Of a stretch of DNA of 64,000 bases, positions 18,288 through 26,786 are shown piece by piece (within the stretch, counting starts at the first letter, position 1; each line of letters starts with the position of its first letter). The stretch covers positions 14,537 through 78,536 of the forward strand of contig JACRKZ010000021.1 in the NCBI GenBank assembly GCA_016235455.1, read 5' to 3'. The position numbers and the translations under genes were made by a program. The DNA is from Armatimonadota bacterium. GTDB taxonomy: Bacteria; Armatimonadota; UBA10988. A model generated the notes under the pieces. It worked only from the letters and a program-made list of their open reading frames with translations, made no database searches and was not told where the DNA came from.

Positions 18288-20291
18288 GTGGCCGGAGATG
18301 CAACATCGCGCCTGACGCTGTACCTGTCGCCGGGCGCCCATGTGGCGCTTCCCGCCGAGACCCTGGGCGACCTGCGGCAGGTGGCCCTGGCACCTGGCGA
18401 GCAGCCGCCTGTGTCCAACGGCGCCGGCGTCTGGCTGGTCGGTGCTGGTCAGTTCGGCGGCGACGCAGCGGGCGTTTCGCAGGCGCTCGAGGCGCTCGAC
18501 GTCTCGGACCATTTCGCCATCGTGCTGGCCGCCAACGCCGAGCAGACGCTGCTGACCCGCGCCGCCGACGAGCGCGTCTTCGCCTTCCTCGATCCATCGG
18601 CGCCCCAGCATCTGCAGGCCAAGGTGCTGCGGTCGGCGCTCAACTCCGTGCGCATCACCGCGCAACACGAGGATCTGGCCGGCGGGCTGCAAAGCCGCGA
18701 CCGGCAACTGCGCGAACTCAATCAGATCGGTGTGGCGCTCTCGGCCGAACGCAACGTCGACTCCTTGCTGGCCATGATCCTGTCCAAGGCTCGCGAAATC
18801 ACCTGCGCCGATGCCGGCAGCCTCTATCTGCTCGAGCCCGGCGCGCCCGGCGAGTTCCACCTACGCTTCAAGCTGAGTCAGAACGACAGCTTCGACCTGA
18901 ACTACACCGAGTTCACCATGCCGCTGGACACCCAGAGCCTGGCCGGCTACACCGGCACGACGGGCGAGGTGCTGCGGCTGGAGGATGTCTATCACCTGCC
19001 CGCGGACGTACCGTACTCGTTCTCGCGCTCGTGGGACGAGGAGCATGGCTACCGCACCCGCAGCATGTTGGTCGTGCCCATGGCCAACAACAAGGGCGAA
19101 GTGCGCGGCGTGCTGCAACTGATCAACCGCAAGCCCGCGCGCGAGGTGAAGCTGGCGCAGCCGGCGGACTTCGAAGAGCAGGTCATCGGCTTCGACCTGC
19201 TGAGTGAGCAATTGGTGGGCTCGCTGGCCAGCCAGGCCGCGGTGGCGCTGGAGAACCAGATCCTCCTGCGCAACATCTCGGGCATCTTCGAAGGCGTGCT
19301 GATGAGCTGGGTGAAGGCGGTTGAAGACCGCGATCCAGCCACCGCCGGCCATAGCCACCGCGTCACCACGCTGACTCTGGCCCTGGCGCGTCAGGTCAAC
19401 CGCACGACCACTGGCCCGTATGCCGACGCCCACTTCACCCAGCAGCAACTCGAGGAATTGCGTTACGCCGGTCTGCTGCACGATATCGGCAAGATCTACG
19501 TGCGCGCCGAAGTCTTCCTCAAGGCCAAGAAGCTCTATGGCCACCACCTCAAGCTCATTGAGGAGCGCTTTGACTTCGTCCGGCGCACGCTGGAGGCCGA
19601 GTACAACCGGCGCAAGCTCGACCTGATGCTGGTCCATCCCGGCATGGACATGAGCCAGCGCTTCAGCGAGATCGATACGGCCCACCGCCGCGAACTCGAC
19701 GTGCTCAACGACTATTTCGACACGATCCTGACCGCCAACGAGCCTTCGGTGCTGGCCGAGGGCGGGTTCGACCGCCTGGCCGAGGTATCAGCGCGCACCT
19801 ATGAGGACATCTACGGCAACAACCGCAAGCTGCTCTCGCCAGAGGAGCTGCAACTGCTGAGCATTCGTCGAGGCAACCTGGACGAAGAGGAGCGGCGCGA
19901 GATCGAGTCGCACGTGGAGTGGAGCTACCGCATCCTGTCGCGCATCCCGTGGAGCCCGGAGCTGCAGAACATCCCGTTCATCGCCTGGGCGCACCACGAG
20001 AAGCTCGATGGCTCGGGCTACCCGCAAGGCCTGCGCAGCGAGCAGATCCCGCTCGGCGCCAAGATGATGACCATCGCCGACATTTACGACGCGCTGACCG
20101 CGGCCGACCGGCCCTACAAGAAGGCGCAGTCCATTGAGAGTGCGCTGCGCATTCTGGAGTACGAACGCAACGACGGGCACATCGACAGCGATCTCTTCGC
20201 CATGTTCGTCGACAATCAGATCTACCGGCTGGCCCATGTTCAGGGAGCGGAGCAACTGGCGGATCGTCTGGTCTATGAGGACGTTACATGA
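18288..20291 (+). CDS. GAF plus HD-GYP cyclic-dinucleotide phosphodiesterase
   Basis: AAGGAGG RBS before GTG 18288; GAF (GYRTRSMLVVPM...GVLQLIN); TAGHSHRV, LLHDIGK, HHEKLDGSGYP, IADIYDALT..RPYK. Confidence 0.92.
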   Translation: MAGDATSRLTLYLSPGAHVALPAETLGDLRQVALAPGEQPPVSNGAGVWLVGAGQFGGDAAGVSQALEALDVSDHFAIVLAANAEQTLLTRAADERVFAFLDPSAPQHLQAKVLRSALNSVRITAQHEDLAGGLQSRDRQLRELNQIGVALSAERNVDSLLAMILSKAREITCADAGSLYLLEPGAPGEFHLRFKLSQNDSFDLNYTEFTMPLDTQSLAGYTGTTGEVLRLEDVYHLPADVPYSFSRSWDEEHGYRTRSMLVVPMANNKGEVRGVLQLINRKPAREVKLAQPADFEEQVIGFDLLSEQLVGSLASQAAVALENQILLRNISGIFEGVLMSWVKAVEDRDPATAGHSHRVTTLTLALARQVNRTTTGPYADAHFTQQQLEELRYAGLLHDIGKIYVRAEVFLKAKKLYGHHLKLIEERFDFVRRTLEAEYNRRKLDLMLVHPGMDMSQRFSEIDTAHRRELDVLNDYFDTILTANEPSVLAEGGFDRLAEVSARTYEDIYGNNRKLLSPEELQLLSIRRGNLDEEERREIESHVEWSYRILSRIPWSPELQNIPFIAWAHHEKLDGSGYPQGLRSEQIPLGAKMMTIADIYDALTAADRPYKKAQSIESALRILEYERNDGHIDSDLFAMFVDNQIYRLAHVQGAEQLADRLVYEDVT

Positions 20292-21079
20292 GGGTGAGGA
20301 CCGAGCCGAGGCCGATCATCAAGACCGCTGAGGAACTGGACAAGATGCGCGCCGCCAACCGCCTGGCGCGCGCCGTGCTGGCCGAGATGGGCCGCCGCAT
20401 CCTGCCCGGTGCGACCACCATGGACCTGGAGACCGAGGCCCGGCGTATGACCGAGGAGGCCGGCGCCAAGGGCGCGTTCTACCAGTATCGCGTGGGCGAC
20501 AAGGTCTACCCGTACTACCTGTGCACGTCGGTCAACGACTGTGTCGTCCACGGCTTCCCCGACGACCGTCCGCTGCAGGCCGGCGACCTGGTCAGCGTCG
20601 ACTACGGGTGCGTGCTCGACGGCTTCGTTGGCGACACCGCCTGGACCTGGTGCGTGGGCGAGCCGAGCCCCGACGCCAAACACCTCATGGACGTGACACG
20701 CGAGGCGCTCTACCGCGGCATCGCCATGGCCCAGCCGGGCCGCCGCGTGTTCGACGTGGCCCGTGAGATCCAGACCTGGTGCGAGTCCAACGGCTGCGGC
20801 GTGGTGCGCGCCCTGGTCGGCCACGGCGTCGGCCGCCGCATGCACGAGCCGCCGCAGGTGCCCAACTACGCCGCGCCCGAGAGCCGCCGCGACCGCCTGC
20901 GCGCGGGCATGACCATCTGCATCGAGCCCATGATCACCGCCGGCACCCACGAAGTCTATGAGCCGGCGGGCAAATGGGATGTGCTCACCCGCGACGGCTC
21001 GTTGGCCGCGCACTATGAGCACTGCATCGCGATCCTCGACGATGGGCCCGAGATCCTGAGCGTGCCCGAAGACATCTAG
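20288..21079 (+). CDS. map: Methionine aminopeptidase type I
   Basis: CTSVNDCVVHGFP, DLVSVDYG, GDTAWT, GHGVGRRMHEPP, IEPMI, AAHYEH. Confidence 0.95.
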   Translation: MRVRTEPRPIIKTAEELDKMRAANRLARAVLAEMGRRILPGATTMDLETEARRMTEEAGAKGAFYQYRVGDKVYPYYLCTSVNDCVVHGFPDDRPLQAGDLVSVDYGCVLDGFVGDTAWTWCVGEPSPDAKHLMDVTREALYRGIAMAQPGRRVFDVAREIQTWCESNGCGVVRALVGHGVGRRMHEPPQVPNYAAPESRRDRLRAGMTICIEPMITAGTHEVYEPAGKWDVLTRDGSLAAHYEHCIAILDDGPEILSVPEDI

Positions 21080-21148
21080 AGTCATTGAGCACCTTGAAGG
21101 ACGCCGTTGCCTGGCGTCGAACCTCGATGGTAGAGGGGAGACAAAACA

Positions 21149-21589
21149 ATGTACCAGGCGCAATCCGGCGTAGACGCCCAGCGCGTCGTCAGTATCGCTC
21201 GGGCCCTGCGGATGCTGCTCTGCTGGTTTGGCGTCCGCATGCTGGTCGCCATCACCGTCGGTGTGACGGTCGCCTCGGCGGCGCAGTCGTCCGACACGGT
21301 CGGTGCTCTGCCGCGGGTGCTCTCGCTGGTCTCGTGGGTACTCCTGCTGGTCGTGCTCTACTGGACCTACCGCCTGGCGCAGGCCCTGGACAAGCCCGGC
21401 GTGGTGTGGGTCCTCCTGATGTTCGTGCCGTTGGTCAACCTGATCTGCCTGCTCGTCCTCAACGACAACGCCTGCAAGGCGATGCGCGCGGCAGGTCTGA
21501 GCGTCGGGCTGCTGGGACCGAACAAGGCCGAACTCGACCGCTACGAGCGCACCCATCGGGCCGAGAGGCCGGCCGAGCCCGGTCTCTGA
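21149..21589 (+). CDS. Hypothetical membrane protein
   Basis: GAGGGGAG RBS; 3 TM segments; LMFVPLVNLICLLVLN motif. Confidence 0.7.
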   Translation: MYQAQSGVDAQRVVSIARALRMLLCWFGVRMLVAITVGVTVASAAQSSDTVGALPRVLSLVSWVLLLVVLYWTYRLAQALDKPGVVWVLLMFVPLVNLICLLVLNDNACKAMRAAGLSVGLLGPNKAELDRYERTHRAERPAEPGL

Positions 21590-21605
21590 CTGTCGTCTAC
21601 AGGCC

Positions 21606-22355
21606 CTATTTCGCCATGACCGGCTCAGCGCTGACCGAGCGCGCCACCGGGCACTTGGCGTAGAGCGCCTCGACCACCAGATCAGCGCACGCTGGCACAC
21701 CAAGTGTCGCCGTATTGACCTCCAAGTCGAACGGGCAGTTCTCGCCTGGGCGGGCCGGGAAGGTGCGGTGCAGCCAGCCCTCGCTGGCCTTGTCGAGCTT
21801 GTCGAGCTTGGCGTGCGCCAGATGACGCGGCAGGCCCTCGGCCTCTGCCAGCCAGGCCACGCGTTGCTCCATGGGTGCGAAGACCCGTACGCGCAGGCCT
21901 TGCTCGGCGGGCAGCACGCGGTGCGCGCCACGGCCCACCACGACCACGCGACCCATCTTTCCCAGCCCAGACAGCACGCGCAACAGCGAGCGGGTGTACT
22001 CGTGGACCTCGGCCGCGCCGTGGCCCATCAGGCCGGCCACCCACTCATCGATCTGGCCCAGTGCACGCTCGTCGAAACGCTGCAAGATGCGGCTCTGCAG
22101 ATGCGCGTCGGCGGCCACGGCCTCGAGCAACTCACGGTCATAGAGCGCCCACTCGAGGCGCTTGGCGACCGCCTCCGCCACGGCCGAGCCCTGCGAACCA
22201 TGCTGGCGCGAAATGGCTACGTACGGCGCCGACGAGTGGGCAGGCTGGTCGTCGGGGCGTGTCTCGGCCCCACGGGCCGCGGCCTGCAGAGCGTTGTACA
22301 TGCGCATATGGCGATCGACCAGATGCGCGGCTTGGCCGCCGGTGAGCTTGGGCAT
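21606..22355 (-). CDS. Cytidylate kinase-like family protein
   Basis: VAISRQHGSQGSAVAEAVAKRLEWALYDRELL, VVVGRGA, FDLEVNT; ATG 22355 with AGGAGG RBS. Confidence 0.85.
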   Translation of the reverse strand: MPKLTGGQAAHLVDRHMRMYNALQAAARGAETRPDDQPAHSSAPYVAISRQHGSQGSAVAEAVAKRLEWALYDRELLEAVAADAHLQSRILQRFDERALGQIDEWVAGLMGHGAAEVHEYTRSLLRVLSGLGKMGRVVVVGRGAHRVLPAEQGLRVRVFAPMEQRVAWLAEAEGLPRHLAHAKLDKLDKASEGWLHRTFPARPGENCPFDLEVNTATLGVPACADLVVEALYAKCPVARSVSAEPVMAK

Positions 22356-22444
22356 CGGAGTCCTCCTACGTAGCAGTAGAGACTCGGATGGCCAGGACTG
22401 GCTACATGCCGATCTTGCGTGTTCGTTGCAGGCGACGGCCGCGC

Positions 22445-23173
22445 TCAGACACCGAGCATGCCGCTCAGGCCGTCCAGCACCAACTGCACAGCTTCGGCCG
22501 GGTCGTCCGTGACTCGGAACAGACCCATGTCGGCCGGCGCGATGCAGCCGGCGCCGGCCACTGACGTGCGCAGCCAGTCGAGCAGGCCGGCCCAATAGGC
22601 ACTGCCGAACAGCACCACGGGGAAGTGGCGGATGGTGTCCGTCTGCACCAGCGTCAGCGACTCGAACAACTCGTCGACCGTACCGAACCCGCCGGGGAAG
22701 ACCACGAAGCCCGACGAGTACTTGACGAACATGGTCTTGCGCACGAAGAAGTAGTGGAAGCGCAGGCTGAGGTGCTGCCAATGGTTCGCCGTCTGCTCGA
22801 ACGGCAGATGGATGTTGAGGCCGACGCTCTTGCCGCCGGCCTCAAAGGCGCCCTTGTTGCCGGCCTCCATGATGCCCGGTCCCCCCCCGGTAATGACGGT
22901 GAAGCCGGCCTGCGCCAGCAGCGCGGCGGTCTGCTCGGCGGCCTGGTAGTATTCGTGGCCGGGCGCCAGGCGCGCCGAACCGAACAGGCTGATCGCCGGC
23001 CGGACCCGGCACAACTGCTCGAATCCCGTGACGAACTCGCTCATGATGCGGAACACACGCCAGGTGTCTTCCTGCACGAAGTCGGCGCTCTGGCGCTCGG
23101 TACCGAGCAGTTCGGCGTCGCCGCTGTCGGTGCGGCGCGGTCGGTAGCTCGTGGTCCTCTCGATCTCGCTCAT
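22445..23173 (-). CDS. LOG family nucleotide phosphoribohydrolase (TIGR00730)
   Basis: FGSAR, TGGGPGIMEAGN, YFFVRKTMF, PGGFGTVDE. Confidence 0.93.
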   Translation of the reverse strand: MSEIERTTSYRPRRTDSGDAELLGTERQSADFVQEDTWRVFRIMSEFVTGFEQLCRVRPAISLFGSARLAPGHEYYQAAEQTAALLAQAGFTVITGGGPGIMEAGNKGAFEAGGKSVGLNIHLPFEQTANHWQHLSLRFHYFFVRKTMFVKYSSGFVVFPGGFGTVDELFESLTLVQTDTIRHFPVVLFGSAYWAGLLDWLRTSVAGAGCIAPADMGLFRVTDDPAEAVQLVLDGLSGMLGV

Positions 23174-23985
23174 TCGGCACGTCCTGTCTCGAGCGCCAGC
23201 GGCTCGGCTTCCACGGCCTCTAGTCGGCCGTCCTCGAAATCCAGCGTGACCCGCATGACGGTCCGGCCGTGGGCCTCATTCTGACAGATCAGTGTCTGGC
23301 CCACGCGCTCGATCATGGGTGTGTGACTGTGACCGCCCAGAATGAGCCGCAGTGCGGGGCAGGACTCGGCCAGGCGGCGGTCGGTGCGTTCGCCCAGGTG
23401 GGTCAGGGCGATGGGCAGGACGCCGCCGGCGGCGGGCCCCCACCCCAGCCCTCCCCGCGCGCGGGGAGGGGGCGAACTGTCCGTCCCCCCGCTCGCGGGG
23501 GGACTACAGGGGGGGCTGAGCAGGTCTCGCGCCGCCGCCAGCGGATCATCGAACCGCGATGCCGTGAGATGCCGCGCCCACATGGCTTCGGTGACCATGG
23601 GCGTGAGCAACCCGAAAACGACCACGCGCGGCAGGCCCGGCAGGGCGAACTCGGCCTGGGGCACGGACCCGCCCCAGCCGGTCGGCCGCAGATTGGCGCA
23701 CAGCACCGGGCACGGCGCCAGCCGCAACTTGGCGGCCTGCGGCCCGGGCCGGAAATGGTATTCGCGGTTGCCCATGGCCAGCGCGTCGTAGCCGGCCAGC
23801 GCCATGAGCCGGTGCATGGCCTCGCCGCCACGGTGCCAGCCGATGTTGCCGCAGGTCACCGCGTCGCCGCTGTCGAACAGCAGGCACGGCCCGCTGTCGG
23901 CCTTCAGCCGGGCGAGCCGCTCGGCGGTCGCCACGGACATGTGCCCGTGCAGGTCGTTGGTATGCAGCAGCGTGAGCCGGGTCAC
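23170..23985 (-). CDS. Calcineurin-like metallophosphoesterase (5'-nucleotidase N-domain-like) with a palindromic insertion
   Basis: HTNDLHG, DSGDA, GNRE, ALTHLG, GGHSH motifs. Confidence 0.85.
   Translation of the reverse strand: MTRLTLLHTNDLHGHMSVATAERLARLKADSGPCLLFDSGDAVTCGNIGWHRGGEAMHRLMALAGYDALAMGNREYHFRPGPQAAKLRLAPCPVLCANLRPTGWGGSVPQAEFALPGLPRVVVFGLLTPMVTEAMWARHLTASRFDDPLAAARDLLSPPCSPPASGGTDSSPPPRARGGLGWGPAAGGVLPIALTHLGERTDRRLAESCPALRLILGGHSHTPMIERVGQTLICQNEAHGRTVMRVTLDFEDGRLEAVEAEPLALETGRAE
23437..23515. repeat. Double-hairpin palindromic element inserted in frame in a CDS
   Basis: Hairpins ccctccccgc-gc-gcggggaggg (23449-23470) and gtccccccgc-tc-gcggggggac (23483-23504), flanked by C-rich and G-rich arms. 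Confidence 0.8.
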
Positions 23986-23991
23986 ATTACC

Positions 23992-24582
23992 CTACCGGCG
24001 GAAGCCAATCTTGCTCAGGGAGCCGCCGGCCTCGGCCTCGAGTTCGTTCAGCCAGCCACCTTCGGTGCTCATGCCCTGCGCGGTGTACCACGCCTTGAGC
24101 ACGTCGCAGAAGCGGCCTTGGACGGTCAGCAGTCGTTCGACGAGTTCGCGCACGGCGCCGCGGCCGCCGGGAGTTTCGAGAATCAGGTCGGCGCGCTTGC
24201 GCACCAGCAGTACGCCGTCGCGCGGGGTCACGCTCAGCCGGCAGGTGAGCATGGCCGGCAGGTCGGCCAGGTCACTGCCCAGGTAGGCCACCTGGCCCAG
24301 ATCGACCCAGTCCATCACGGCCTGACCACGGCTGGCCAGCACCTCCACGCCTTCCACGCGACTGGTGATGGGCGCCAGCGCCTCGGCTGACTGATCGGAC
24401 ACGAGAGCCACCCGCCAACCGGCGGTGAGCGCCAGTTCCATGCCGAGCAGGTCGACCCGACTGTAGAGCCCGCCGCAATCTCCGCCCAGCGACCGCAGCC
24501 CGTCGATCAGTCCGCCTTCAACACCTATCACCAACGCCGAAACGGCTTTCATCCGTTCGGCAGCTTCCAAAGTCTCGCGCAT
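23992..24582 (-). CDS. KdsC-like HAD phosphatase homolog lacking its catalytic Asp residues
   Basis: Follows the KdsC pattern (VAYLGSDLADLPAM, ADLILETPGGRGAVRELVERLL), but motif I reads GVEGGLIDG instead of DVDGVLTDG. Confidence 0.75.
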   Translation of the reverse strand: MRETLEAAERMKAVSALVIGVEGGLIDGLRSLGGDCGGLYSRVDLLGMELALTAGWRVALVSDQSAEALAPITSRVEGVEVLASRGQAVMDWVDLGQVAYLGSDLADLPAMLTCRLSVTPRDGVLLVRKRADLILETPGGRGAVRELVERLLTVQGRFCDVLKAWYTAQGMSTEGGWLNELEAEAGGSLSKIGFRR

Positions 24583-24608
24583 GGCTAACCTCTCAGGCGG
24601 CGCCTTGA

Positions 24609-26042
24609 TCAGGCAGCAGCTGCCTGGGCCATCGCCTCGTTGCCGGCGCAACTCGGGGCGCTCAACGCGCGCACCGCGTCCACGCTCGCATCGTGACGCA
24701 CGGCGGCCATGACCAGCAGGAGTAGCAACTCGTCGGCCAGCACCAGCGTGCCCAGCGGCACAGCCAGCAACGCCGTCGCGCACAGCAAAGCGCGCGACCA
24801 GCCAACCATACGCGCCAGCCGTTGCTGCTTGGCGCGCTGGCGCCGAGCCAGACCGTAGACCATCGGCAACACCGAGAGTCGTTCGGCCGGCAATGCGGCC
24901 AGCGCTTGCTCCGGCAGCTCCTCGTCGCCTTCGGTGACGACCAGGAGCAGACCGTGGCCCGCCAACAGCGCGGCGTCGCGCGCGGCGACCACCACTACCT
25001 GCTCATGAGGCAGCCGACCCACACCCGCATCTTCGGGTTGGGCCGCCGGTGCCAAGGGTATCACGGTTTCGAATGCCACGTCCGCCAAGCGGCTGCCGAT
25101 CTCGTCACAATCGACCTCGGCCACCAGCGTCAGCGGCTCCACGCCGCTCGACAGCAGCGCCGGCACCAGACCCATGCCGCTGTGCCGCGGCGCATCCTCG
25201 ATCACCAACCAGCCGAGCACCTGCTGGTCGGCCATGACCAGCAACACGCGCCGACACGGCACCGGCGTGGCCAGGAATGGCGTCAGCGCGTCGGGCAAGG
25301 CGACTTCCAGCCGGCGCGCCAGGCTCGGCCCGCCGACCGCATGCGGCTGACCGGCGATGTGGCCCAGCAGACCCTCGCCCGGCAGCGCCAGCAGGTCGTC
25401 GACCTTGGGCAAGGCCAGGCGATAGGTGCGCGCCGCTTCGAGCACGGCCTCGGTGAGCGCCGCCGACCGCGGGCGCAGCAGCGCCGCCGCCGCGCGCAGC
25501 ACGTCCACCGCGCGCAACTCGCCATGCGCCACCACTTCGGTCACGCGCGGCTTGCCGCGGGTCAGCACGCCCGATTCACACAGCGCCAGGCCGCGACCGC
25601 GCAGCAGACGCGCCAGCGCCGAGGAGGGGAGGTTCGTGTCCCAGGCGCGCGCCACCTTGGCGGCCAGCGCGGTGGGCAGGAGGTGGGCCAACACCGCGGA
25701 CGAGGTGTCGTGCGCCAGCACCAGCAGTCCGGCGCCAAGCGCAGCCAGCCGCCCCAGCCCAAAGCCCAGGTCGACGCCGCACATGGCCAGCAGCACCGCC
25801 AGGCCGCCCAGGCCGGCGATAGCGCAGGTGGCCGCCGACGGCCGGCATCGCCGATCACGCAGGACCTCGTCGACATCGATGCCGCGCACGCGCGCCAGGT
25901 CGTCAAGCGCGCGCCACTCGAGCACCCAGCCGACGGCCGCCACGCTCAACGCCAGCAGCGCCGAACCGCGATCGCCCAGTCGCCAACACAACGCCGCGGC
26001 AAAGGCGACGCCCACGAGCCGGTGTACTTGAAAGATAGCCAT
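24609..26042 (-). CDS. Degenerate P1B-type ATPase-derived membrane protein
   Basis: CESGVLTRGKPRVTEV replaces DKTGTLTxGKPxV; LPGEGL nucleotide-binding-domain motif; LGWLVIEDAPR; TM segments at both ends; no actuator TGE motif. Confidence 0.7.
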   Translation of the reverse strand: MAIFQVHRLVGVAFAAALCWRLGDRGSALLALSVAAVGWVLEWRALDDLARVRGIDVDEVLRDRRCRPSAATCAIAGLGGLAVLLAMCGVDLGFGLGRLAALGAGLLVLAHDTSSAVLAHLLPTALAAKVARAWDTNLPSSALARLLRGRGLALCESGVLTRGKPRVTEVVAHGELRAVDVLRAAAALLRPRSAALTEAVLEAARTYRLALPKVDDLLALPGEGLLGHIAGQPHAVGGPSLARRLEVALPDALTPFLATPVPCRRVLLVMADQQVLGWLVIEDAPRHSGMGLVPALLSSGVEPLTLVAEVDCDEIGSRLADVAFETVIPLAPAAQPEDAGVGRLPHEQVVVVAARDAALLAGHGLLLVVTEGDEELPEQALAALPAERLSVLPMVYGLARRQRAKQQRLARMVGWSRALLCATALLAVPLGTLVLADELLLLLVMAAVRHDASVDAVRALSAPSCAGNEAMAQAAAA

Positions 26043-26043
26043 C

Positions 26044-26751
26044 CTAGGTAAAGACCGGGATGGCGCCCCGAAGTTGCAGACCGGCAACCGACCAGCCGCA
26101 GCGCACCGCCAGCAACATCACCCCCGCCGCCTCCGCCGCGCGCAACGCCTCGCCGAAGTCGGGATCGGTCCCATCGTTGGGTCCCACCGAGCGCACATCG
26201 TCGCGCTGCACGACGAACAACGCCGCCGCGCGCTGGCCCTCGCCCACCAACGCCGTCAACTCGCCCAGGTGCCGCCGGCCGCGCACCGTCGGCGCGTCGG
26301 GGAAGCGGCCGTGCCCGTCGTCGACCAGCGTGCACGACTTGACCTCGACCCACACCGCCGGCTCCGCCTCCAGCCGGAAGTCGAGCCGGCTGGCGCCCCA
26401 GCGCACCTCGGGCCGCACCGCGTCGTACGCACCCAGTTCGGGGATCGAACGCTGTTCGAGCGCAGCGCGGGCCAGCTTGCCGCCCAGGCGGTTGTCGATG
26501 CAGACCGGCACCACGCCGGCCTCGGTCTCGTGCAGCACACCCAGCAGATCCCACGCGGTCTTGCGGTCGGGGTTGGTCGCCGGCCGCAGATGCACGGTGC
26601 GGCCGGCGATCATCAACTCGGTCATGCGGCCAGGGTTGGGCACATGGGCGAACTGCTCACGACCATCTATGTCGACCCGCGCCAGGTAGCGGTTCGGCCG
26701 TTCGAGCAGACGACCCTCGACTACACCTTCACCCGCGGAAATAGCGACCAT
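26044..26751 (-). CDS. sfsA: Sugar fermentation stimulation protein A (PD-(D/E)XK nuclease)
   Basis: RPNRYLA, AHVPNPGRMTEL, SRLDFRL, WVEVKSCTL, FPDAPTVRGRRHLGEL. Confidence 0.95.
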   Translation of the reverse strand: MVAISAGEGVVEGRLLERPNRYLARVDIDGREQFAHVPNPGRMTELMIAGRTVHLRPATNPDRKTAWDLLGVLHETEAGVVPVCIDNRLGGKLARAALEQRSIPELGAYDAVRPEVRWGASRLDFRLEAEPAVWVEVKSCTLVDDGHGRFPDAPTVRGRRHLGELTALVGEGQRAAALFVVQRDDVRSVGPNDGTDPDFGEALRAAEAAGVMLLAVRCGWSVAGLQLRGAIPVFT

Positions 26752-26786
26752 GCACGGTCCTCGGGGCCGTTGGCCCTATACGCATG

